IMG/VR virus record: IMGVR_UViG_3300026196_000002
Coordinates: 1 to 58,351 of that record
From: a virus
Taxonomy: Duplodnaviria; Caudoviricetes
DNA: 58,351 bases
Direction: 5' to 3' (one strand)
A program made the translations under genes and the position numbers. Every line of letters begins with the position of its first letter. The first letter of the stretch is position 1. The notes under the pieces were generated by a model, which saw nothing but the letters and a program-made list of their open reading frames with translations, made no database searches and was not told where the DNA came from. Positions 27,363 through 37,198 of this stretch are shown in pieces.

Positions 27363-27385
27363 GCTCCCCCTCCGGGGGGAGCTTT
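27363..27385 (+). terminator. Hairpin/terminator after the capsid gene
   Basis: GCTCCCCC-TCCG-GGGGGAGC-TTT. Confidence 0.55.
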
Positions 27386-27400
27386 AAAAGGAGTAGAACA

Positions 27401-27757
27401 ATGAGAAAACTCAATTATCCGATTACTGCCTCGACCGGTGCGGTGACGGCCTATATCCCGGTTGATGCCGCCCACACCGTCGTCGGTGGTTACGCTGTGG
27501 TTAACAGCGCGACCTGTAACGCTGCGACAACCGTCAAGTTCAAGTCCGGTTCGACCGTCCTTGGAACAGCCACGATTGCCAGCGGTGCAACCGTTGGTAC
27601 GGTGGCGGCTTTCGTCATGGATACCACCCTGGCGACCCGCAAAACCAATATTACCGCCGCGATTCCGCTGACCGTCCTGACCGGCGGTGATCAGTCAAGC
27701 TCCACCGGGTTTGACGTGTTTGTCCACCTGGACGACCTGGCCTGCCCGCGCGACTAA
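27401..27757 (+). CDS. Putative capsid decoration protein
   Basis: Small Thr/Ala/Val-rich protein after the capsid gene. Confidence 0.6.
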   Translation: MRKLNYPITASTGAVTAYIPVDAAHTVVGGYAVVNSATCNAATTVKFKSGSTVLGTATIASGATVGTVAAFVMDTTLATRKTNITAAIPLTVLTGGDQSSSTGFDVFVHLDDLACPRD

Positions 27758-27765
27758 CCCATTTC

Positions 27766-27788
27766 GGCGGGGCTTCGGCCCCGCCTTC
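27766..27788 (+). terminator. GC-rich hairpin with TTCG loop
   Basis: GGCGGGGC-TTCG-GCCCCGCC. Confidence 0.6.
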
Positions 27789-27800
27789 ACATGAGGGCGC

Positions 27801-28460
27801 ATGAAACTTTTTGAACTGGAAGAATCAATTGGCGAGATTGTTCAGGATTCGTCATTTGACGGGACGCAAACCCGCCGACTGATTAATCGCGCCATCCAGT
27901 CAATCGCCGGTGCGGTCGATCTGCCGGAGCTGGTCAAAACCGACACAGTATTAACGACTGGATCTTCGTCGTCGGCCTCGCTCCCGGCAGCCTACATGAA
28001 GGGGCTGTTCTTCGTCGGCAGCGCCAACCAGAACCGTAGAATAGGGGATCGCATCGGGTACCGCAGTTACAACCGTTTCCTGCGGCGTTGGCCTGACCCC
28101 GCGCTGGATAAAGCCGGGCCGATCGTTGACGTGGCGGTGAAGGGGACTAGCCTGGTTTACCAGCCCTGCGTTGCGGATACTCTAACCCTGCAATTCTACC
28201 GCAAACCGGCGGCTCTCACGGGCGCTTCCGATTCCGTCGAGGCTATCCCGGCGCATCTCCAAGAAGGGCTGATCGTTAATTTTGTCTGCCGGGAGATCTA
28301 TTCGCGGATTGAGGACGGGGTTGAGGGGAAAAAGGTCAATACCGCTTACCATGCAGCACTTTATAACCAGGCGCTCTCTGACCTTCGTGACTTTATTGGC
28401 CAAGACGATGAGCCCGAGTACGTCCAGAACGAAACGGAAGCTGACCCATGGCCACGGTAG
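27801..28460 (+). CDS. Head-tail adaptor protein
   Basis: LINRAIQSI...LTLQFYRKPAAL pattern; position. Confidence 0.7.
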   Translation: MKLFELEESIGEIVQDSSFDGTQTRRLINRAIQSIAGAVDLPELVKTDTVLTTGSSSSASLPAAYMKGLFFVGSANQNRRIGDRIGYRSYNRFLRRWPDPALDKAGPIVDVAVKGTSLVYQPCVADTLTLQFYRKPAALTGASDSVEAIPAHLQEGLIVNFVCREIYSRIEDGVEGKKVNTAYHAALYNQALSDLRDFIGQDDEPEYVQNETEADPWPR

Positions 28461-29329
28461 CCCTCTTCCGAGGGACGTCGGGAATCAACAACGCGGTTCC
28501 AGCCACTCGCCTGAAAAGCGATAAGGGGTTCGTTGAGCTTGCTGCCGGGGTCAATGTCGATATCGGCGACAATTACGAACTGATGCGCCGGAAAAAAGAG
28601 ACGCAGCAACGCGCCGAGGCTGGCCACTCGCCGTTTTGTGACGGGGGTGATGCGTTTTATGTCTCTGCCGGGTCTTTGTACCGATTAAACAGCGATTTCA
28701 GTCGTGACCTGGTGCGCTCTAGCGTTGGTGATGAGCCGATGTGGTATGCGCAGGTGGCCGGAATGACCTTTTACGGCAATGGGGTTGCCTCCGGAATTGT
28801 CGAAGATGGGTCAAGCCGCGCTTGGAGCGGGACATACTACGGTCCAGAAACCGAACGCAGTCTGGCCGGGCCGCCGACCGGGGCGAAGCCTTTGGCCTAT
28901 GTCGCCGGGTGCTTGATTGCGGTGGTGGATAACATCGTCTGGAAATCAGAACCTTACGCTCCCTCACTCTTTGATCTGGCAGCAGGGGCGATTCCTCTGC
29001 CGTCAAGAATTCTCGGAGGGGTTGGGTTGGATACCTCTTTTTACGTCTCGGATGAGACCGGAGTTTACTTCATCACTTTGGCTGAACCGACCTTCCGCAA
29101 AGTCCACAACAAACCCATGAGAGAGGGGACCGCACTTCGGGTCTTTGATTATTCCATTGGTGACAGGTCGTCTGACGGAGTGCTGATGCTCTGCGCTGAC
29201 GGGATTTTTTTCGGCTCGACACAGGGCGAGTTCATCAACTTATCCAAGCAACGGCTGGTTCTGCCTGACGGGGGACCCGGATATGCCGTACTAACCAACA
29301 AACACTATATCGTAGCGATGGGAGATTAG
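28448..29329 (+). CDS. Putative tail/stabilization (nozzle-like) protein
   Basis: GINN...GVNVDI...KSEPY motifs; follows the adaptor. Confidence 0.6.
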   Translation: MATVALFRGTSGINNAVPATRLKSDKGFVELAAGVNVDIGDNYELMRRKKETQQRAEAGHSPFCDGGDAFYVSAGSLYRLNSDFSRDLVRSSVGDEPMWYAQVAGMTFYGNGVASGIVEDGSSRAWSGTYYGPETERSLAGPPTGAKPLAYVAGCLIAVVDNIVWKSEPYAPSLFDLAAGAIPLPSRILGGVGLDTSFYVSDETGVYFITLAEPTFRKVHNKPMREGTALRVFDYSIGDRSSDGVLMLCADGIFFGSTQGEFINLSKQRLVLPDGGPGYAVLTNKHYIVAMGD

Positions 29330-29332
29330 GCT

Positions 29333-29800
29333 ATGGCTTTACGTATTTCCACCGGTCTGAGAAATGGGCTTTTAGACTCTGGGGACTTCAAAACCCTGAT
29401 GGACACCGGAGTGATGAGAATTTATTCCGGTTCACAGCCAGCTGATGCCGACACGGCTGAAAGCGGCACTTTATTACTGGAAGTCTCCGTTGACGCTGGG
29501 ACATTTGTTGCCGACACGGGCAGCGGGTCAACAAACGGGATCAGTTTTGGTGCTGCTGCCGCTTCGGGGGTCCTGGCGAAAGCGGCAGAGAATTGGCAGG
29601 GCGTTGGCGTAACGGATGGGTCGGCTGGATGGTTCCGGTTTTATGATGCAACCAGGACGACTGGCGCGTCATCTGCTGCGGTCCGCTTTGATGGTTCCTG
29701 TGGGACGTCTGGCTCACAGTTGAATATGGGATCGACAACCATTACCAGTGCGGCGACCCATACGGTTGATTCTTTTCAGGTGACGCTCCCCGCTTCGTAA
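29333..29800 (+). CDS. Virion structural protein
   Basis: STGLRNGLL...IYSGSQPADAD...AGWFRF family pattern. Confidence 0.7.
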   Translation: MALRISTGLRNGLLDSGDFKTLMDTGVMRIYSGSQPADADTAESGTLLLEVSVDAGTFVADTGSGSTNGISFGAAAASGVLAKAAENWQGVGVTDGSAGWFRFYDATRTTGASSAAVRFDGSCGTSGSQLNMGSTTITSAATHTVDSFQVTLPAS

Positions 29801-29836
29801 TATTAATAATTACGGCATCTTAGGCTTGGGTCTATT

Positions 29837-31057
29837 ATGATCGACAATTATTATAATGATACAGTCCTCTTTCTCCCGATGTTTGGGGAGAATGGGGCTG
29901 TTGATTTTACTGACCTCTCTGTTGCCGGGGAAACCGTCACGGTTGATGGTGGTGCGCAAAAAGTCACCAGCCAGTATAAATATTATGGTAGTTGTGGCTA
30001 TTTTGACGACATCGACAGCCGGCTATCTGTCGATGGTGCGGTTTTGGCCGATTGCGGGGCAACCTTCACTGTCGAGGCGTGGATCCGGCTGGACAGTTGG
30101 GATTCACCTATCATCGGCCAGGGAGATAATGCGGCCAACGAAGATCAGTTTTTCAAAGTATCCCCCTCCGGATATCTGCAGTATCATCGAGCATCAGCTC
30201 TAGCCAACCCGATAACACTAACTGGATCGACACAACTATCGCTGGATACGTGGTATCACGTCGCTCTGGTCTGCGACGGGACCAATGCTAAAATTTATCT
30301 CGATGGGGTTCAGGACGCAACAACGGCCCATACCGGGTCATGGGTTGACACAGTGCAGCCGCTCTATATCGGGTATCACGTTGTTATAAACTTTGAGGCG
30401 AATGAGGATTATTACGGCGGATATATCCAGGATTTGCGGATTACGGACGTTGCACGATATACAACGACCTTTACCCCCCCTGGGCTCCTGTATGTCCCCT
30501 ACGATGGAGATATGACCCTCCCGGCCCTTACTTCGTCGGGGTTTGCAGCAAATGGGACGACAAACGACGGGGATGTAACCTTCCCGCCGCTTTCAACGAC
30601 CTACACCTATGGCGATGTGACTGCCCCGTCATTTGTGGTCACGGGACAGGTCAATGATATCTGGAATGCAGATATTACATTGCCGACCATGACTGTTAAT
30701 GGGAGCCTGAGTAAAGGGTTTAACGGGAAAATCGCTCTTCCTGAGCTCGACGCAACAGGCCAACTTTCCGGGTGGACCGGCCAAGCCGACCTCACTCTCC
30801 CGAATCTTGAAGCCACAGGGGATTTTCTCCCTGGAACACTTTCTGCCGGGGTTGTTTCGCTTCCGAGGTTTAAAATTTCGGGGAGAATACTTTCAGGCGT
30901 CGTGACGGATGGTGAGGTTGAAATCCCCGCGATGACGTGCAGCGGGTCTCTCTATGCCGATACTGACTCTGACGCTGACTTAACCCTTCCATCGCTGGTC
31001 TGTTTTGGATCTATACGCCAAGAGTTGACAGATATTATTCTGAGGTATGCGCGATGA
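29837..31057 (+). CDS. LamG/concanavalin-like domain tail protein
   Basis: FTVEAWI...TWYHVALV...IYLDG...GYIQDLRIT..ARYT. Confidence 0.85.
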   Translation: MIDNYYNDTVLFLPMFGENGAVDFTDLSVAGETVTVDGGAQKVTSQYKYYGSCGYFDDIDSRLSVDGAVLADCGATFTVEAWIRLDSWDSPIIGQGDNAANEDQFFKVSPSGYLQYHRASALANPITLTGSTQLSLDTWYHVALVCDGTNAKIYLDGVQDATTAHTGSWVDTVQPLYIGYHVVINFEANEDYYGGYIQDLRITDVARYTTTFTPPGLLYVPYDGDMTLPALTSSGFAANGTTNDGDVTFPPLSTTYTYGDVTAPSFVVTGQVNDIWNADITLPTMTVNGSLSKGFNGKIALPELDATGQLSGWTGQADLTLPNLEATGDFLPGTLSAGVVSLPRFKISGRILSGVVTDGEVEIPAMTCSGSLYADTDSDADLTLPSLVCFGSIRQELTDIILRYAR

Positions 31058-31497
31058 TCGTATTAACCATGAACCGGAAGAATGGGGCATTAACTCAATA
31101 CACGTCATTTGCTTTTCGAGGGGCCATGTTACTCGACGGGGAACCTGTTTTTGTTGGCGATAACGGGGTTTATACCCTCGACAGTACTTCCGGGGCGGTG
31201 ACGGTCACGGTTGATCTGCCAAAGACCGATTTGGATAATCGCGGAGAAAAAAGAATTCGACGCATTTATGGCAGTGGGCAGGGGTCGATTGTCGTGGCGG
31301 CAACATCGGATCGTAATGAAACCATCGACGCCACAATAGAAATGGGTGAGTCCTACCAAAAGACGGGGCGAAGTCAGGGGCGAAGGGACGTACGCGGGAA
31401 ATATTACCAATTTTCACTGACTAACCCGGATGGGGCTGATTTTATTCTTGAAGATCTCGACGTTGTGACCGTAACCCTCGGGCGGAAACCGACTTAA
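31054..31497 (+). CDS. Putative tail protein
   Basis: Translationally coupled within the tail operon. Confidence 0.6.
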   Translation: MIVLTMNRKNGALTQYTSFAFRGAMLLDGEPVFVGDNGVYTLDSTSGAVTVTVDLPKTDLDNRGEKRIRRIYGSGQGSIVVAATSDRNETIDATIEMGESYQKTGRSQGRRDVRGKYYQFSLTNPDGADFILEDLDVVTVTLGRKPT

Positions 31498-34109
31498 TGA
31501 CGGAAACCATTCGCATTCTTGGAGATGACCCTGATGTTGCTTTTGTGAAATTTGCCAGAAGCCGTCGGGATCGCCTTGCCCGGCTGATGAAATTTCAGAA
31601 TTTACGGTCAAGCCAAAGAAAAACCATTTTCCCGGACGGAAGCTATATCCATGTTCGCCGGTCGTTTGGGCGGGATTTAATTGACATTTATATCCCATTT
31701 GGAGGAGCAGCAGAAGACCTTTATACGATGTTGTTCTGCAAACCTGCAGCTGGGGGCGTCGAGGTTTTTGCTTATCATCACGAAACAAATCGCCTGACAT
31801 CACTTGGAACTCTCCCGGTTGGTTCTAGCAGCCCAACGCTTCACAGCTTCCACGATTCAAGAACGCACCTGAATACCGGAACAACGTATGTCGGGGTGAA
31901 TTATGGGTACAACAAAACGGCTGACTATCAGGATACCCTGACAACTGAGGACGGCGGCACTGGTTTTATTAAGGCATTTAGGACGGATGAGACAACCGGG
32001 CGAGAATATGCCGTTATCTTTAAAGGCGGCAGACCAATTCTATATGCTCGGGTACCAGGAGAAAAGTTTAAAAAGGTCGCCGAATTTCCGTCCCGCGCAA
32101 ATCCTGGAGGGTTTGAGGGGGAAGAGGCTGGCCCGTGGAAATGGGCGATCGAGGATGGAGATGACCCAAGGGCGTTCCAAATTTCCGGCGGTTATGTTTA
32201 CCTTGGCGGTTGGTGGCAAGGGGAGGCATGGAATCTTTTTGAGGGATATGAGTTCTTTGGCATAAAGCCAAACAGTTCCGATACTCACATTATTCAATGG
32301 TTTTCAGAATTATGGTTCTGGGACCCCCTTGATTCTGGGATGGCCCCGGGGATGAACTGGAAGGGAATCTATGGGCCATATAAGGAGGCATCTGTTGAGT
32401 TTGGCTGTCTGCTGGATGATCGTGCTGGTAGCGACGGGCCTGGTCTCTGCGAAATGCTTGTTGAGGCGGAATATATTGATGACGAAAGGGCGCCGACGGA
32501 AAATTATGAAGGAATGATGGTTATTAAAAACAAGTATACCGATGGTGTTTACCAGCCATATTTTACCTTTGATTCTTCAGATTATTTAACTCCATCCGAC
32601 AGCCATACCTATCACTATTGGTCGTGCGTAGGAGACGCCAAGGCAGAGCGACCCAGCACTGGGATTTGGTGCCTGCTTATTTTTACTGCCGGAGGAAGGT
32701 GGTGCCTACTCGATCACCCAGGATACCAAAGGCAGGTCTTGAACGGGTCCTATTACCATACCCACACGGTCAGCAACGATGGCAATTTAGTGATGATCGT
32801 TGAGGGGGCTGATAACCGCCGTGGTGTTTTGCTTGACGTAACAACAGGAGAAGTAACTTACCACGATAAAATAAGCGATTTTACCTCCGGGTGTTTTATC
32901 CCGCCAGTGAGCGAGAGCAGGGAAGAGATTACCGGGTATGCAGATATTGGCGACACTGAGACAACCATGGCCGACCCAAGTATGGGTGCTGTTCGCCCTG
33001 GGATATCACAATCCAGCACTCTGACAAATACCCACTGGAAGATAGTGTCTGACGAGCCCTACATTGCCCGGGGCGCGTTGTGGTGGGACCCCTGCTGGAA
33101 GTGGACGGCGACTGAAGTTGCCGCCCTCTCTGGGGGAGCATTGATTCGTGTTGCTGGCGACGTTTACCCGATAAGTGAGGCTCCCTTTTTAATCGGCGGG
33201 ACCTACGATAACACTTTGTTGTTTGGGCAATGGGATTATTCTTCCAGCACCGAGTTTACGACTAAGGCGATTGATATAGAACCGGTCTCTGAAAGTGTTG
33301 TCGTTTCTCTTTACGATCATCCAGATGTCTATCTGCTTCCGTATGGCATTTTGGGCTACCCACCAAATACCCTGTATCTTCAGGGTTCATACAGCCCGCC
33401 TGTTGGTTGGAGTTCAACAGGAGAGTCTGAACTTGAAACGCCATTCACCGACGGCGAAGACCCCGACGGTTTCTTTGCAACACTGACCATGCACTGTCCA
33501 GGAGATTATATCGTTAGTGCAGAAGATGCTTGCGGGCGAAGCGGGACAGCCACCGTTACAAACGAAGATTACTATATGTTTATACAGGGTGAAGACCTCG
33601 TTGCTGAAGGTAATTCTTATGTTGCTTATGGCGGATATGGTCCATATACTTACTCGTTCGACAAGGGGAGTATAAACGCTGACGGTGAAATAACAAGTTT
33701 AAGCGGAGACTGCGGAGACCCTGGGGGCCCAGCCTACGGGACAGTAACAGCGGTTGACCAGTGCGGAACGCGGGTCGATTTTGATGTCCGCCTGCCAGGG
33801 GGATCTTGGGTCGTCACTAATTATGAATGCGGCCCTGGATATGAGCCCGAAGTCTACGGCCCATGCAACACTCCGTGGCCGGGGTGTTTTGGTGCCGTAA
33901 CCGCTCAATGTACCTATTTTTCAGGGATAACAAATAAATACGTAGAATATTGGAGAGAATCAGGCGGTTGCTCTCAAGATTGGTGTGCGCAAGCAGACCC
34001 CGCCGATTTGCTCGGGAGGCAAACTTCGTACCCTTGTGACGTTCCGCCGATAGCATCAAATTATTTCTGCCATTTCCAAACCATTTATTACGAATGGCAG
34101 TGTCCGTAA
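31497..34109 (+). CDS. Large putative tail/receptor-binding protein with Cys-rich C-terminus
   Basis: 870 aa; GGYGPYTYS and VSAEDACG Ig-like repeats. Confidence 0.6.
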   Translation: MTETIRILGDDPDVAFVKFARSRRDRLARLMKFQNLRSSQRKTIFPDGSYIHVRRSFGRDLIDIYIPFGGAAEDLYTMLFCKPAAGGVEVFAYHHETNRLTSLGTLPVGSSSPTLHSFHDSRTHLNTGTTYVGVNYGYNKTADYQDTLTTEDGGTGFIKAFRTDETTGREYAVIFKGGRPILYARVPGEKFKKVAEFPSRANPGGFEGEEAGPWKWAIEDGDDPRAFQISGGYVYLGGWWQGEAWNLFEGYEFFGIKPNSSDTHIIQWFSELWFWDPLDSGMAPGMNWKGIYGPYKEASVEFGCLLDDRAGSDGPGLCEMLVEAEYIDDERAPTENYEGMMVIKNKYTDGVYQPYFTFDSSDYLTPSDSHTYHYWSCVGDAKAERPSTGIWCLLIFTAGGRWCLLDHPGYQRQVLNGSYYHTHTVSNDGNLVMIVEGADNRRGVLLDVTTGEVTYHDKISDFTSGCFIPPVSESREEITGYADIGDTETTMADPSMGAVRPGISQSSTLTNTHWKIVSDEPYIARGALWWDPCWKWTATEVAALSGGALIRVAGDVYPISEAPFLIGGTYDNTLLFGQWDYSSSTEFTTKAIDIEPVSESVVVSLYDHPDVYLLPYGILGYPPNTLYLQGSYSPPVGWSSTGESELETPFTDGEDPDGFFATLTMHCPGDYIVSAEDACGRSGTATVTNEDYYMFIQGEDLVAEGNSYVAYGGYGPYTYSFDKGSINADGEITSLSGDCGDPGGPAYGTVTAVDQCGTRVDFDVRLPGGSWVVTNYECGPGYEPEVYGPCNTPWPGCFGAVTAQCTYFSGITNKYVEYWRESGGCSQDWCAQADPADLLGRQTSYPCDVPPIASNYFCHFQTIYYEWQCP

Positions 34110-34444
34110 TGGTGATTGTGCGAGTCGATCATAGAGGCAACCGAGCTGTCATTGAATCCGACAGCAGCGTAAAAATCACAGAAGATTATGAAGACGTTGG
34201 GATGCCGCCGGTCAGCGAACAGGTCAAAGGGTTCGGCCTGGCGATCATGAAGATGATTGAGGGAGGGGTTAAACCGGCCGACCCGGAAACCCTGAAGAAA
34301 CGCCAGGGGATTTGTGATGGGTGTGAATTTCTCGGAAGAGATGGCGACCCGCCCCATTGGCAAGGCCGGTGCAAAAAATGCGGATGTTTTATGAAAGTTA
34401 AGGCCCGGATTGCGGCAATGACCTGCAAGATAGGAAAGTGGTGA
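34109..34444 (+). CDS. Cys-rich protein (DUF6171-like)
   Basis: RQGICDGC...RCKKCGCFM..KA......CKIGKW. Confidence 0.7.
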   Translation: MVIVRVDHRGNRAVIESDSSVKITEDYEDVGMPPVSEQVKGFGLAIMKMIEGGVKPADPETLKKRQGICDGCEFLGRDGDPPHWQGRCKKCGCFMKVKARIAAMTCKIGKW

Positions 34445-34448
34445 GATT

Positions 34449-35735
34449 ATGACAGAAGTATCGACAAAAGAAGAATCAAAGAACTTTGTCCTCGAAAGAG
34501 TTAACGAAGCAAACGAATATTCTGACAAGGCGTGGACGATATTAGAAGCGTTTACAAGTGCCATGGCCGAAGGATTCGCGGCCCCGGAAGTCCCTGAAAT
34601 CGAAAGTGGCTTTATCTCTGTTGACCCGGATGAAGATGGGTATACATTCGACTCCACGCTGTTCACCGAAAGCCTTCCAGAAGACCCTAGCGCCGAACTT
34701 ACCATTGATGCCTCAAGCGTTGCGCGACCCTCTTACAATAAGCAAAACGTTGGGTCTATTTCATTGTCTGCTGCCCCAACTTTCGACGCTGACACTCCAG
34801 ACACAACTCTTGGTTACGATGAACTGACCTACACCTCCACGCTCCTTGATAGTCTGAAGGCCAAGCTTGCCGTTGACATCCAGGGTGGCACCGGGATGGA
34901 CGAAGCCACCGAGCAGGCGATTTATGACCGGGCCGCTCGAAGGCTTGAGCGTGAACATGACCGCCGCTACTCGTTGGCCGAGAACCGCTGGGGAGGTGCC
35001 GGGTTCCCCTTGCCGAATGGGTTTTTAAATACCAGCCTGCGGGAAGAAATAAACCGCCATGCTAACGAGGTTGAAGATCTGAACAATAAAATTCTCGAAC
35101 TGTCGGTATCTATGGAGCAGGAAAATCGTAAGCAGGTTGAGGCGGCGGTCTCCCAGCTTGAGCAAATTCTTTCGGCAGCGAACGACGCCAGGAATGCAAG
35201 GCGCTTAGATGCCGCAAAGACCAATGTTGGCTCTCTGATTGAGCTTTACAATGCCGAGGCGGCTAAGTTCAACACCTTGACTCAGGCATGGAAGGTTGAA
35301 TCTGATGTCGAGTTGGCCCGGTTCGACGGTGAAATCAAACAGAATGAGATTCTAGCCAGCGTTTACGCAGAAGAGTTGAAGGCGCGGGGGGTGGATATCA
35401 GTGCCTTGATTGAAGAAGTCAAGGCGAAGGCTGACGTTTATCGAACACTGATGGCAGGCCTTGACGCCAGGGCAACAGTGTTGAGCCGGGTGGAAGAAGC
35501 GAAGCTGAGAGCCTACGAAACAAAGAGCCGCCTTGCAATCTCTGAGGCTGAATTGGCCTTAAAGCAGGCCGAGGTTGCCATCCAGGCGGCCCTTAACAAG
35601 CTCGGATTCGATATTGAAACGGCAAAGGCTGGGGCGAATGTCGCCGCGCAGATTGTCGCTGAAGCCATTGGCAGCGTGAATGCCAGCGTCGGTTTCTCTC
35701 ACAGTGGAAGTTATAGTGCAAGCGAAACGTTTTAA
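34449..35735 (+). CDS. Coiled-coil internal virion protein
   Basis: EQAIYDRA...GFPLPNG; helical composition. Confidence 0.6.
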   Translation: MTEVSTKEESKNFVLERVNEANEYSDKAWTILEAFTSAMAEGFAAPEVPEIESGFISVDPDEDGYTFDSTLFTESLPEDPSAELTIDASSVARPSYNKQNVGSISLSAAPTFDADTPDTTLGYDELTYTSTLLDSLKAKLAVDIQGGTGMDEATEQAIYDRAARRLEREHDRRYSLAENRWGGAGFPLPNGFLNTSLREEINRHANEVEDLNNKILELSVSMEQENRKQVEAAVSQLEQILSAANDARNARRLDAAKTNVGSLIELYNAEAAKFNTLTQAWKVESDVELARFDGEIKQNEILASVYAEELKARGVDISALIEEVKAKADVYRTLMAGLDARATVLSRVEEAKLRAYETKSRLAISEAELALKQAEVAIQAALNKLGFDIETAKAGANVAAQIVAEAIGSVNASVGFSHSGSYSASETF

Positions 35736-35746
35736 GGGAGGCAATC

Positions 35747-37198
35747 ATGGCCGAACGATATAGCCCCACCAACGAAGCATCCACCGCTCTCAAGGCTCGC
35801 AGCAAGAAGCAGAAACCAGTAGCCTCGACGCAACCGACGGTTGAGGGTGGCGGGACAAGCCTTGATGCTGCGTCCCGACAGTGGAGTAAAAACATTAAGC
35901 GAGCTCAGCCTGCAATTAATTCGGTGAGGGCTGGACTGGGTGCAGCGGTTGATTTCGTTAAAGGCGGAGCAAACCAGATAACGTCAGCGCCAGCATTGAG
36001 GCGGGATATCGGGATTTTAGCAACGACCCCAAGAAGAAATTTTATTGGAACCGATGCTGTCAACGCATCAAACCGTCAATATGCCAAAAACACTGGTGCG
36101 CCTGTCAATGTTACTGTCGATAACCCGCCAGAGGATAACCGTTTTGGGGGGATTGGTGGCCTTGATAATCGATCAAGACGGGCTGTTCCACCACTGGTAA
36201 GCCAAGCAGGCCCGGTGGGGCCAATGAGAGCGAACGCCAATTTTGAAGACTTCGCTAGGGGGCGTCAGGGGATTAACGCGGACGGACAATATAGCTTAAG
36301 TGGGGCCAGAAGGTCTGGCGCACTTGATGGGTCTGGCCGACAAATTCTCCACAACCAGAACACTGTCCCTAACTTGGATGGGGAAACGCGCGGGGCTTTG
36401 GTCAAAGATGCTTCTCAGCTCCAAGGGGTCAACTCTGCTAATGGAAGAGTGGTCAGTGGTGCTTCGTTGAGAGACTTAAACAATCGCAGAGAGACAGGGC
36501 TCCTCAAGAACGGCGCAGAATACACTTATTTTAAAAGCCCAGGCGATAAGATGACCCCCGTGGAGCAGGAGAAATATAATTCCGAAGTGGCAAGAGCCAA
36601 AAGAGTTAATGCCCTCGGCCCTGTCACTAAAGCGAAATTCCCGGAGACGGGAAAGGGGGTACCGACCGCCGACGATATCAAGAAGCCGACCTTTACTGGC
36701 AACCGGGCAGAACGGGCGAGATATGAAGGGGAACTGAAGGCTTTACCGGAGCGGGTTGCTGGATACCACCAAGACAAGAAGACTCAGGCTGACCTTGAAG
36801 CAAACCTTCAGGATAACGCTGCCACTATCCAAAAAGCGCAAATTAAGGCCCAGAGCGACGCGGAAGACCGCGCAAACAAGCGCTATACGCTGAGTGACGG
36901 ACAAATATTGACTGATTCCGAGGGGGGTATCGTTTCCGAAGGCCAAGCAAAGATCAAAGACTGGAAGCTTGGCAAGGTCGCCCTTGGCAATGATGCTGAC
37001 GGCGCCCCGATTGAGAAAAGCGTGTACTACCGGACCGGAGAGGATGGGAAATTGGAAATTCAAAATAACGAACAAGACCAAACCCTAGAACAACAATACC
37101 CGGAACAGGCAGAAAAAATAGCGGTAGCAAGAGAGCGCGGCTACAGCGACGAGCAAATCCGCAAAAGTCTGCAAAAACATCTACATGGAGGGGCATAA
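35747..37198 (+). CDS. Putative ejection/internal virion protein
   Basis: Low complexity; precedes the giant protein. Confidence 0.55.
   Translation: MAERYSPTNEASTALKARSKKQKPVASTQPTVEGGGTSLDAASRQWSKNIKRAQPAINSVRAGLGAAVDFVKGGANQITSAPALRRDIGILATTPRRNFIGTDAVNASNRQYAKNTGAPVNVTVDNPPEDNRFGGIGGLDNRSRRAVPPLVSQAGPVGPMRANANFEDFARGRQGINADGQYSLSGARRSGALDGSGRQILHNQNTVPNLDGETRGALVKDASQLQGVNSANGRVVSGASLRDLNNRRETGLLKNGAEYTYFKSPGDKMTPVEQEKYNSEVARAKRVNALGPVTKAKFPETGKGVPTADDIKKPTFTGNRAERARYEGELKALPERVAGYHQDKKTQADLEANLQDNAATIQKAQIKAQSDAEDRANKRYTLSDGQILTDSEGGIVSEGQAKIKDWKLGKVALGNDADGAPIEKSVYYRTGEDGKLEIQNNEQDQTLEQQYPEQAEKIAVARERGYSDEQIRKSLQKHLHGGA

Noticed and set aside
26392-27414. 340-aa minus-strand ORF
   Set aside because: Antisense shadow of the codon-biased capsid gene.
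29837-34109. Diversity-generating retroelement acting on tail genes
   Set aside because: No reverse transcriptase and no template/variable repeat pair seen.
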